Source: Marsupella aquatica (lineage: Eukaryota; Plantae; Marchantiophyta). Taken from it: a DNA stretch of 64,000 nucleotides. A program made the translations under genes and the position numbers. The notes beneath the pieces were generated by a model. That model was not told the DNA's origin. It saw only the letters and a program-made list of their open reading frames with translations, and ran no database searches. Location: NCBI GenBank assembly GCA_973895155.1, contig OZ316896.1, forward strand, positions 9,011,539-9,075,538, in the 5' to 3' direction. Positions 37,452 to 50,011 of the stretch are shown piece after piece (within the stretch, counting starts at the first letter, position 1; each line of letters begins with the position of its first letter).

Positions 37452-40400
37452 GATTTCCTCCGACAGCCGTACGTTTGACCCAGGCCCAGTGAAGCGCATT
37501 GCAGTGGTTCTGCCATGTCAGCCTCCTAAAGAATTCTCGTAGCTCTCTATTAGTTGCTATCGCGCACAAGGTAGTCAATTGCACATGGCTTGCAGGATTT
37601 ACTAGCTTAGTAGAAAGGCCCTATAGAGAACCCAAGGTGTTCGTGTCAGGCACTTCAAAAGGCTTCAAGAGAATCATGCAAAAACCTAGAATTTGTCCTT
37701 CCGTATATCTCAGTTCCTGTTTGGCGGAGAATATTTTGTGCACTACAAAGTACGGGAGTACCTACTTAGTTGCCTCTTGGAGTGCGGGCAATGATTGTAG
37801 ACGTAAGGTTTGAAATCGATTGAGCACAGCCATTGAGCACACAGGAATTGCTGACATGGCACTGACCTTTACAGCACCTGGCTTTCGCAATGTCACGCTC
37901 CACGCTGCCAGTATCAACGAGGATGATCGACCAACTCATCAGTGGAGAAGCTGGACGAGTTCATAGTTTTTCTTCGGGACGTGTTAGGGAGAAAATTTTA
38001 CTTTCTCAAGGAAGCACGCGCGTCCTCCTTTAAGATTTTTCGTTCGGGTGTCCATTGCCTCGACGGAGGAGAATTTGACGGAGACAAGGCAAAGCGAATC
38101 ATGAAGGCGCTAGACACGAAAATGATCGTAGTATAGTAGAATTTGTCATGAGTAAATCACATGGTCCTGTAGGCATCTACGTGGTTGGCGATATGTAGAG
38201 CATCGTATCTCCTCTAAGTTTGTCTTTTTAAGGGGACACGAACTGAGTGGTGATCAAAGGTCCACATCTCTGAATATGAGGTACTTTATGAAGGAAAGAC
38301 AAACGCCAGTTGTACTCGATTGAACGAAAATTCCTCTGTGTAGTTTCCTCTGTTCTTGACCACTTTGCAGTCTGTTTGGCCCATTATTCGACCTGCTTGA
38401 TCATTCTGCCATAACTGAAATAAGAACAGTTTAACTAATTTTTGTCCTCCTTGGCTTTCGTGGACGGAGGAGAGAAAACCAGCCAGGGAGTGGGATGATC
38501 CGAATCTCTCCCCTTGCTTCCCACGGCTGTCAGCCAAGTGTGGCGAGCCTTGGGCCCGTGACCCTTTCTGAGTTTTCTATTGTTAAAAAAAAAACCCCTT
38601 TAGAAAAGGAACAAGGCAATAGATGTCCGTCGCCAGGAAGCTACTTACTAAACAGAACCTCCTTGAAAGAAGTAACTTACATTCCTCAGGTGTAATCACT
38701 CGTGTCGTCCAGGGAGGTGCCCTCGCGCCTGGAGCTCTTGAACCTGAATTAAGAAAATGAGTATTCGAGATTGATCCTCGCTAGTAGACAAGACTGGGAT
38801 TTTCCATTTTGCCACTGATGCCCACAATCTACAGTACCGACATAATTTCGAGATATGGCAACTCACTGTACACCGCAATAACATTGCCAATTTGCCACCT
38901 GCATTGCAGCACTCTGACATGGTTGTCACGATTGGTTGCAAATGTGCAACTGATAGAATGTGCAACTGCTGGATGATTAAGCGTTTAGTACAGTAGCCAC
39001 TTCCACACTTACGTCTCATGCTGGAAGCTCTTTTCTATGGTTGTATCTGCTGTAAGCTGTAACCTTCTCAGATGCTATGTGAGGATCTGTCGTGCATGAT
39101 GCAAACTGGGTGACCCAAATGAAGTGCAGTAGTATAATAGTACCTCAGAGCTCAAAGAAGTTATCAGGTGACGGATGAGGGGAGGCTTTGTGCAGGCATA
39201 TCAGTGGGGCCCTTGGTGGATAGCCCACTAGTCCATAGCCCCAGTAGGACTGTAGCCGTGGACATTGGCATAGTTCTACTTTTCGTCAAAAGTTTGTCAC
39301 GACAGGAGGATTTAACAACACACGCAGAAGTTATTCGGCATTTCTAGAACAACTAAAAGCCCTAAAGCGCACAAAGCGCACAAGGCCGCCCTTACTTGAA
39401 AGGTAACAGGGAACTTTGTAGTAAACTTGCCTCATCATGCGAAGCAAAATAATGGTACAGCTCTCAAAGCTGCTAATGGATCCAAAGAGCTAGCGCAGAG
39501 AGCCAAGAAAAGAAGACGCAATTGTTTTCTGCAATGCCAAGTCAATTCTTGAATGTCCGGACAGATATAATTATTAGTTCGTTCAAACCATTCCTCTTTC
39601 GTAATGATTGCAATGGCCTCATGATACTCCGTACTTCTTATTACGGCTGAACATTACTGCCCCGGACACCGCTCCCCCGGAGGCACTGACTGTCTGGCAG
39701 TCTGGCCCTGTTCTTGGCATTGGCTTCATGTCTTGTCCAGAGTCTGGGAACAATCCTCTCAATCTCAATCCGCCACTCCGGTCGCATATTCTATTGGTCC
39801 ATGGCAAACAACTCAAACAGTAAAATAGTCATGCCTCACTGGTCCATGCCTCACTGGTCCTGTACTGTGCTCATTGTGCTGCATCCTGATCGTCTGATAT
39901 TGCTCATTCGGATCTCCTTGTTTGTCTTGAAGGTATCCATTCAGACCTGTTAGTTTGTCTTGAAGGTCTGGAATCTCCGGACGGCGTTAGGACTCAGGAC
40001 TGTCCAGTCATCCAGTATTCCAGTGTGACGTTGTGGAGGGCGTAACTCATCATTACACTGCCTTACGCTACGGCCCAAACATTAAGAGGGAGGCCCACGC
40101 GAGTTCCATCAGATGCTGTAAAGCAATCCGTGGACTGCGCCGGTACAGTTTACGCCCGCATCCTGGCCATTGAATGGAAGTCGACTTTTGAGCAGCTTGT
40201 TAGATCTCCTGGCAGATAAAGAGTCAATTCAATGGCTAGTCATTGTGCCACAAGCCATCCCTGGGCTACAGAACACGCGCGCGCATGACTGTGTCTTTTT
40301 CTTGCCTATGGTAGCTACTCATTGTCCTGAGCCTGGAATCTGTCTATCCGATCCTACGCATCATGACCGTGGTAGGGTAGGGGTCTAGATCAATGCTGAT

Positions 40401-42260
40401 CGATAGTTCAGCATTTTACTTTTCAGAAGCATCGACTTGTCGTGGATCCCAATTCCTCCTCTCTCTCTTGCAGAGACGACCTTCCGCGCTTCTCTCTGTT
40501 GAAGGCTATGAAGGCTATGAACCGTTTGTAACATAAGGCATGTGACACTGCTGTAATAAGACCCTCCATTGATCGCTTTGACCTTTGACTATTGGGTGAG
40601 GGTTCGTACCGTTTGATCGGACAGCCTTCTCCCTGCCTGAGGGCACAAAAGGATAAGACACTACCAAAGTGATCCACTTTACCACAAATTGGGAAATTTG
40701 TGCATAGCTTTTTGAGAAGGCCACTGTAGTGTGTTGGGTAGGCCCTCAACGTGGCATTTGGGTAGCGATGCGAGCTGCAGAACCGACAACTTGGAGCTAG
40801 ATTAATTCCATCGACGAGTCAAATTGTGGGTCACGATGAGATCCTGGATGTGGCCTTAACACGTAGAGGAGGCGAGCGAGAGCTCGAGCCAGCACTACTG
40901 GGTATGGCAACACGAGGTAGTTTTACTGCCCGTCGACCATACAATAATCTTCACAAGCTCATCGCAATCATGATTCTCCTGATGGGCAACATGTGAATTT
41001 CTTTCCACCGTACTTCCGTATGCCGGCTACCATCAAAACGGAACTGTAGCAAAAAGGCTTTCGAAAGTGGATGGGTAAGGGAGAAGGTGGAGGGACAACA
41101 GCCAAGGGAGTAGTGAGTGTGGGCGCTGTGGGCCTTTGTGGTGGCGGTATAAAACCCTCCCGGTGACCGATGTTTCCCTTTTCGGCAGCTTCGGTGTCTT
41201 GCACAGCATGCCTCTTCTGTGCCCCGTCCACGAAAGCTAGTTTCCCCGATTTGAGCGTGAGCTGAGTTGGGGCAATTAATGTTGATGTCCCTCTCAGTCT
41301 CCGGAAAGGTCCAAGGACTGATTTCTGTTTGGTAACTAGCAGCTGTGGGTGGATCAGGCCGCGAAGACAGAGAGCGCCACTCCGTCGCGATTGATTTCCC
41401 GTTTGTTTCGGCGGTGAATGGGAAGGACTTGATATTTATGGCCCCCAATATTAGCAAATCTGGAACTTTAACAAGCCGGTGTCACAGTGTGTCTGCGGAG
41501 GCTTTTGGATGAATGATTGATTGGATTGCATTGAATCGACGAGCATTTTGTGCGCCACTGGCCAAGCTTGCAATCTACCACTGTAGACTTGACTCAGGGC
41601 AGACCAAACTTTTCATGTGGTTTGTTGGTTGGGAAAGACAGAGAGCTCTATCCTCCTCTGTCGAAAGATTTGCCCCGAATTGCACATATCCGAACAATTC
41701 CACTACCAGCTTTTCCGTCTACGGAGCTCGGAGCTCGTGCAGTTGAAACAAAGTGAAGAACTCTCCGGCTTTCCTGTCTAGCCCGGTTAATTGGCTTGCC
41801 GCCCACCTTTGAGGGAGAACTCGGCACACTGACAGGACAGTCACGATGAATGCAACATCGATTGCTCTGAACTATGAAGTATTACAGCACGCACGAGAGA
41901 AAAGCATCTGGAGAGCACCTTAACCTGAAGAGTTCTCGAACATTGTAGTGACAAGCGAGAGGATGGCTGCTGTCTTGAAGAATTGATTGTACAGTGATTG
42001 TTGAATGTATTCATCCACTCGATCTATCGATCGATTTTGTGAATTCCTTTGCCGGTAGGAGGTTTTTCAGAGAGTTGGAAACTGGAACGAAAGAAAGGTG
42101 GTTCGTTGCAGCGGACGTACGCCAGGAGCGGTTGACGGAACAGGAGGGGCCGGTGCAGCATAGCTTGATACGAGTGAAGAGAAAGCTCGCCAAAATAGCG
42201 AGGGGATATTCTCTCTCGAGTTCAAGTCCTTCGGAAGTAGCATGTGGCAAGGAGTTTGCA

Positions 42261-45200
42261 ATGCACGCTCCCTCGGAGGATGACGAGACCGCATTTCAGA
42301 TTTCCCACTACAAGCCGGATGCCTGGCTAGGGAAGCACTGGTGGGACGAGACGCAGAACGTGCCTATTCCTTCTGCTAAAGCGAAGTCAGGAGCTGTGCA
42401 CCTCGTCTGGTGCGAACATGTCAAAGACGGTGTGGGATGGTTTGTCATCGCCCACTTCGGTGTTGGCACCTTCCTGCTCAAAATTTTCCCTGATGAATTG
42501 TACTGGCTCGCATGGGGCATCTTTTTGCTCGAAGCTCTTCTCAAGCTAAGTCGGGGATGGGCTCGGGCCCATTTTTTCCGGGGCGTGCCATGCGCTTACG
42601 TCGTCTTGAACCGTGGAGCTGCTCTAAAGTTCATGGCGTTTTACATCAGGATGGTACTTCTCGCCGCCACGGCCGAGCTCGGGCTCTACCTTCCGTTCAT
42701 CATCATAGCAGTGAACAAAGTGCACGAATACTACCACAGCGATGCCTATGCGCGACGAGGAGCCTTCTTCGACCCGTCTGACCCGCACTCGAGGTCTCGG
42801 ACCACAGAAATGCTCATCTCCTCTTGCACCCTCATCTGTATCCACTTTGCTAGCAGCGTTTATAACGTGGTCATATTCGTCTACGCCATGGGATTTAGCA
42901 GCATCTCTCCGGCTCTTGAGGTCAAGGAATTGGCGCAGGCTACGAGGCCCAAACGTAGTGGTGACCTCGATCGCCTGCTGTGTCTCACGTGGTGGTTGCA
43001 TCTCGTGAGACATCCCTACTTGTCAGCTTCGGTGTCGAGTGCCCAGCCTGGGAAGTGCGGATTGCAAGGCCAGTGGTTTGAATCGGTGGGGAATCTCAAG
43101 AAAATTCTCGAGGAGAGCATCACTCAGAAGGGCAAGAACTTGACCACTGCCGCAGGGCTCTGGGTTTCACAGGACATGGCAATGCGTGCGCTCACGAGCG
43201 TGTCTAAGCATGGTTCGATGGAAAATTGCAAAGAGATATTGGAAGAGAATGGGCTTCTGCTGCTCGTACTGATTGTTGAAGAGGGAAATCCAATGTACTG
43301 TAAGGGGCTAGCGGCTTCCACGATAGGTACACTCGCCAACCGCGGGTGCTTCGACGGAGAGCAGCTGGCGAATTTGTCCGATGCCATCCCGGCGTTGCAG
43401 AGATTGGCGAGGTCGGAGGAATCGGAGCTTCAGGAAATGGCTATCGGTTCCTTGCTCAACATAACGCTGAACAGCAATCAGCAAGACGAGGCCTTGAACG
43501 AAATGTTGGCCTCGCCGGAGGACTTGGAATCAAATCATGGGCCCTCTGACGAGAAAGTGTCGAGCCGATTCTTCGTGGAGTCCCTTCTCCAAACAGCCCA
43601 CAAGGGGTCCACTATGCGGTGCCGGGTGCTCGCATCAGGTCTGCTGGCTTGTCTGGCTTCCAAGAAGAAAGTTAGAGATGCGATACTCAGATCTCCGGAC
43701 CACGATTACGTGAACATCTTCTCAACAGCCTTGAGAAGCGGGGCGACACTGGAGGTGAAGCGCAGTGCTGCAGGGTTGCTGTGGGAGCTGGCGATTTGGG
43801 AGCCGAAAGCTGTCGGCAGTGGTTCTCACGGTGATCGATGTATCCAAGCTCTTGTGGGAGCAGTGAGAGAACTGGAAGAACCTAGTGTTGCAGCTGCAGC
43901 GGCTGGAGCTCTAGCTAGCCTGGCTCGGGAGAACGACGAGTTCAAGGAAAGGATTATAGCTGTCGAAGGATGTGTCGAGGCGTTGATCGAACAGTTGAGG
44001 GGAAAATTGATGTGGAGACTCAGCAATCATCTTCTTGAAGTTTATGGTATCGTGTACAATAAGGTCTGGCACTGCACCTTCCTTTCTTCGCTGCTTTCGT
44101 GTGAAGCGCATATATTCACTATCAAGAATGTCGTCTGATATAGCTGGCTGTCCTTGGGACTGGTTTGGTTGCTTCTGGTTTCGGTTGCTTCTGGTTTCTC
44201 GTGTCTTTGCGGTCTACTTCATGTCATAGGCTTTTGTTTCTAGGAGAAATTTACTGCTCAATCCTATGGCTCGATGGTGTTTCACAAATGCACTGATTCT
44301 CTCTAGTTGTCACGGGCTTCATAACACCTTAGTTGGGTTTTTATCGCATTTCCTTTATTCTTCCACTTGTTTCCTCGTGGCTGAACAAGGAACGTGTCTC
44401 TTTCTCTTCTGGTAGTATCGAGTTCTATGGAGCGGGGCTTCGATTCTGTGCTAGGATGCCAATTGCTTGACTTCCTTCATTTTGGGTTTTATTGAACTCC
44501 ACACTCGGATGACGGTTGCTCTCAGCTTCCTTTCACCGGCTTCTCGTCCAAGCTGGAGATTTTTATTGTGTCTGGTAGCTGATGGGTCTCTTTTCTGGTC
44601 GAAGAGCCGAAAGGCAGATGCCAAATCCTGTTGACTCTCGTTTATTTGTCCTTCGTTCGTTCTCGAACTTGTACAAATGAACGAATTTCTTCTTCTGATT
44701 AGCGGATATTAAACACTTCTCCCTAGCACACGTACAATTGAGGAAAGCATTACTTACTGAGCCTCGATCTCGAGTTTCCTGAATTCAACGCTTTCATAGG
44801 TCCACTTGTTCTCCTTGAAAAAGAAAGAAAGAAGTCACAAACGCCAAAGTCGTTAAGAGTTGGAGGCCCGGTGCAGTATATAAGCCCGAATTTTTTAATG
44901 TGTGGGGATTCTATAATTCCAGAGATAGAAAGTGAAGGTCAACAAAACTGATTCTTAGGGGAAGGATGACTGACACTTCGGACATGAGAACTACGCGAAA
45001 ATTGATCTTTCGTGTGTTTTGCACAACGCAGGTGGCAGAACAAGCACAGGCACAGGCTGCAAGAGCACTGTGGACTCTCGCTGCCGGCAACCAGAAGATT
45101 CAAGACTTCATTGCGCGCAAGGGCGCAATCCCCGAAATCGTAAAGCTGCTGACTGTCCGAAACCCTTACGTTCAACTGCAGGCAGCCGCCGCTCTCGATG

Positions 45201-45664
45201 CCCTGGCCTACAAGAACAAATCCATCCAGGACCTGATCGGGCTGTACTACCGAGAAGCCTTCACGGGGCTCGCAGAGCTTCTCAACCCAGCGCGCATGGA
45301 TATCTCCTCCGACCTTCTCGAGGTCGTTCTCGAGAAGGCTGCGCTGGCTGTGCGAAGCCTTGCAGAGGACCACACCCCGAACGCCGAGAAGCTGTTGGGG
45401 AGCGGCGCTACTGATCAGTTGGCGGCCATCTTAGAACGGGATAAAGAATACAAATTCTCGCACAGCAAAGTCTGCGATGTCGTTATCGAAGCTCTCGCGA
45501 GCACCGGGGGAGCCTCCAGAAGAACGTCCGACTCAGTCTCATCCTCGAGAAACTCGACCTCCGGGCTCTCATTGTCTGGCCACCAATTGGCCGTCGCCCT
45601 GCGAGACTACGCGCCGCTCCATTCCATCTCTCAGGACTTGAACATCATACACTACAGCAACTAA
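42261..45664 (+). CDS. Multi-pass transmembrane + ARM-repeat protein, paralog B; exons ~42261-44063 and 45032-45664 (~811 aa; start uncertain, frame open from 41994)
   Basis: Shares VPCAYV, RSGxLDRxLCLTWWxH and QPGxCGLxGQWxESV with paralog A, plus the same K|V intron position. Junction AAG|gtctgg...acgcag|GTG. Confidence 0.85.
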
Positions 45665-46760
45665 TCATCTATCCATCCACGATCCATCCTTGGCAACGGA
45701 CTGGACTGGACTCGGCTTGACAACCGGAATCTGGCGAACAAATTGAGTCGACTATAAGTTTCAGAAGCGTTTGTCATGGCTTGTAACACGAGTTCTTGAT
45801 GGCAGCAATATGAAGAGCATGATGTGTGAATTCAAAGTCTCATTATCAAATCATCCTTTCCTCGGTCTAGCATGCATTGAGTGAAGCTTGTGCTGCTCTG
45901 CTCTACTTGCATTTAGTGCACCTTAGTCAAAGAAATCACGCACCGAGCCATTGTTTGGACTCGGAGGGAAGTAGAGGGGAGTTGTCACAAGAATGGAAAG
46001 CACAGATCAGCTGAACAGAAAAAGCAGACTGCTATTCAATTCCTTGGAGAACTTTTCCGGACAGCTTAGATTTGCATGTAAGTTTCGATACATTAGAGTA
46101 GCCAAGAGAAAGAAGTCGTTGTGTCGGAAACTATTGTGCGAGAGAAAGTCAGTGAAAACGGATTGAGGAACGATCAGTTTGACCCGCCTGACGTTGGTGA
46201 ACTGATCGAGAGGTTGAGTGTTCTGAGGCCTGATCATCCTGTCGACGACAAAGTTGTCGTGCAAATTGAAAATTAAATCTTGTGACGTGTAATTGATGCT
46301 CATAGCTGCTGTTGTTGAACTACCTTCTCGGCTTTACGCAAGAACATGTGGTCTACCGATGAACCGATCTGCTCTTGCTATTGGACTCGATTGTCACAGA
46401 TTCGGCACGAGAGCACGAGACTATGTCGTGGAGGATTGCTGTCCAACCTTCTCGTCCATCGCTACTGATAAGTCCACGGTTTGTGAATTTGTTGCTAATC
46501 GGGAAAATTGGGAAGTGATCCACGGGATTTTGTACTTTTGAGCCTCTTGCGAATCGATATGTGGAAATGATTCGAAGCTCAATGCTTTGTGGGATTTCAC
46601 CAAAATCTGACCTGTATTTTGTAGTGGCTAATCTTACTACTAAACCCCCAAACAAAACCTATAGACTAGACAGTAACCCCTATGGCCCCACCAAATTGAC
46701 TTCCATGGAAAACAAGATGGGATAGTATGTATCTGAAAAAAATGACAATGCTTATGTATT

Positions 46761-46823
46761 ATCATATCCACTAAAACCCGCTAGCATGCAATCATATCCA
46801 CTAAAACCCGCTAGCATGCAATC
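46761..46823. repeat. Perfect 30-bp tandem duplication
   Basis: atcatatccactaaaacccgctagcatgca x2. Confidence 0.95.
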
Positions 46824-48369
46824 GGTTTGAATAACATTTAGTTTAGTCATTTAGTTTAGTTAGCACACTAGTAAAATTTTAAAAATTTCTGTTACAATTG
46901 ACTCCGTGGTGTCTTTGTTTCACATTTGCACAATTTTTGAAAATTGTAATAAAAAAAAAAAAACCAAAAGTAAGAGGTACTTGATTCCTTCGATACTTAG
47001 ACACTTGGACAATTTTTGTAAGTTGTAGTATGGACCAATGGTCACAAGTAGATAATTCATTTCATACTTGACAAAATAACAAAGAGAAATGTCAAAACAT
47101 CATGCAAACCCTATACATGGGTTGTGTAAAGCAACCTAAAGACAAGATAATGTTGTAATACCATGCTATAACTCTTTAAAGTAAATGACATGTTGTACTT
47201 AAAGAAATGGTTTGTGCAACAATGTATTTTATTTAATAATATCTTTTCTGTAACAATATCTTAAACTAATGGACAACTTTTGCGCAATGACGCCTTTGAC
47301 TTCACAACATGTTTTGGGGACACAGTCATTTACTTAACAGCATATTTTATATAACAACATTTTCTTTGCAACACTGGTCTCTATAACATTAAATCAGAGC
47401 TTGTTGTCAATCCACTTGTTCAGCAACAGGTTGTCCAAAAGAGCTACCATCCCCCTCAAATGTTTATCACTCAGATCCATATTCATATCATCTCAGGGCA
47501 CTTACAATAAGCCATTCCCCACAACATTTGAATGAGGCAAGGAACTGTTATAATCACTGCACGTGACTGAATTCTTGTAGTGGGTGGACAGCAAGACTAG
47601 CAGCAGGAATTGAAGACATATTGGCTTATATCATTGACCTTGAGTTCTTGTTCTATCGTTACAGGCAGAATGTGGAGAAAAAACATGTTCCACCTTGCCT
47701 CCATAGATCCCCCTCTCCCACGCAACCAGTTATCCTCCTGAACTCTCCTGACTCCCGGCCTGACCGCATCCTAACACCTCTCCAACGAACACACCCTATG
47801 CCTCACCAGTCAGCCTTACTCTAGGCCCTTAGTTGCCTGACCCTAGGCCTTGTTGCTGACACTTTAAAGGCTTTATCTTTTCCATGACATACTAACAAAA
47901 AACGTGTCTAATGGGTGAATTTGAGATTCTAATTTGAAGTTATTATCATATTAAACATAACTATCAGTGTCTACAATTAGTCACTTGAAAGGGCATATGC
48001 ATAATAACTTAGGATAAGCTGAAATTATTGTGGGTCACATTCATCAAAACTTAGTGTGACTTAGGCATTACTATGGATTTTTAGAGCCCCATTGGTGGTC
48101 ACTGCATGGTGTGTCAACAACTCCAAATTATTTTGCCCCTGTCCATTTCCCTGTGTCCCTAGCAAGTGAATTTTGGTAAAAGGGTTTAGGAGGACCAAAC
48201 CCTATCAAAAGCAATGTGATGTACATCTGCTCCTCAGCTCCCAATGTAATTTACCAATTTTAATGTGGGCAAACCAACCCACGCTATGTAACACTATAAA
48301 CATGATTTATCATCCACTTTAAATGCTCAAATTGGGGTATCCTGTGAAATAGGACAAAACCGGATCACT

Positions 48370-49400
48370 TGAAGGTGGATATTTATTTGGCTGTAATGTG
48401 TTGGGGGGCAACAAACGGCGTTTAGGGGTCTTCATCCTTCTGTGAGAAATTGGGTGTAAAGAATTTCTCTTAGATTTGAACCTTTATTGAGAATGAAAAG
48501 GGGTTTTAAATGAATGTGGAAAGGAGAGGCTCAGGCTTTGCCATGGATATTTGGCTGTAATGTGTTTTGGGGCAGCAAAAGAGGTTCCGTGTTCAGGGGT
48601 CTTCCTTCTTAGAGAAATTAAGTTTAAAGAATCTTCTCTTAGATGTAAGGATCTTCTTTGAGAGAAATTACGTGTAAAGAATCCTCTCTTAGATTTGGAT
48701 ATTAACTGAGAATGAAATGAGGGAGATTAGGTGACTGTAGAGAATCTTTTCTTATATTTGGATCTTTATTGCGAATGAAATTGGGTCTAGAAACTGACAG
48801 AATAGAGAATTCTCTTAGTTTTGGATCTTCATATTTTATGAACAGTAAAAACTGAAGTATTGTTATCGCTGAGATGTACAAAATCTTCACTAAGATTTGG
48901 ATTTCACAATTGCGAGAGTGAAGTGGAGTGTAGATAGTCTTCTCGAAGATTTGGATCTTCAGCTAGAATGAAAAGTTTCCATCAGTGACAGTTATCAGTT
49001 CACCGGAAGAATATTCTGAGATTTGGATGTTCAGCTGAGAATCAAAAGTTTCCGTCTGTAACATCTATCAGTTCATCCGGAGGATCTTCTGAGATTTGGA
49101 TGTGTAGCTGAGAATGAAAAAGTTATTCATCAGTTCATCTGCGGATAAACATCTCTATGATTTGGATCGTTGTCTGAGTAAGAAAAGTTCTGTCAAAGAC
49201 ACCTAAGATTTGGCTCTTTCTGAGAATGAACAGTTCCTATCAGTGACATCTAAGATTGGACCTTCATCTGAGAAGAAAAAGCTTCTATCAGTGACATCTA
49301 TCATATCATCTGAGAACTGAAAGCTTTCTCTTCTATCAGTGACATCTATCAGATCATCTGAGAACTGAAAGCTTTCACTTCTATCAGTGACATCTATTAG
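48370..49400. repeat. Degenerate satellite-like array downstream of FAAH
   Basis: Recurrent agatttggat(c/g)tt...gagaatgaaa and ctatcagtgacatcta motifs with ~45-70 bp spacing; duplicated atttggctgtaatgtgtt..gggc near 48386 and 48550. Confidence 0.75.
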
Positions 49401-50011
49401 CATGAAAAGTTTCAGATTTACGCAAAGTTTCAGATAAGGTAGTGCCCTTCGATTCGCAATTGAAATGAAGTTCCGGGCAGATGGATGTGTCAAATGAGGT
49501 AATACCAATATCAACTTTTTCCACCCAAATTAAGGGTATCTTGTCCTCTACCAACTACTGTAGGTACGGAAGCGATCACCCTGCACTAAATTACCCGACA
49601 TGTGATAATCTCCAGTAAAATCAAGGGAACAGGCAACCCAGCACAAACATTCGCTTGACTAAGTGGAGCTCGGGTATGTATGAACCCTGAAAATCCTAAA
49701 AAGGTGGGCTTTGCTACCAGCTGGGAATCATCCTTTCTGTACATGAGTGTATTTAATCCCAGTTTGTAAGTATATTCCTGCTGTACATAATCTATACATT
49801 TAAGGGGTTTTCGAGTCCGTTTGCAATTAGAATTCTGTTGTGGAACACGACAGCCGTAGAACTACACCTATCTTCATATGACGGTGCCACGTCGTAAAAC
49901 CCTCAATTGAAAGTATATTCTAGACATAATCTTTTGCGTCACATTTGACCTGCAAGCCCACCCCAGCAGGGACACGTAGGTGCAAAGTCTCCAACTCTGG
50001 ATGGCCACCAC

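Noticed and set aside
37850-41460. Short ORFs between the two ARM genes
   Set aside because: No recognisable domains; they may be decayed gene fragments but are unsupported.
49920-49950. Alternative FAAH last exon (VKCDAKDYV*)
   Set aside because: The exon at 50068-50012 matches the conserved FAAH C-terminus; this downstream acceptor is more likely in the 3'UTR.
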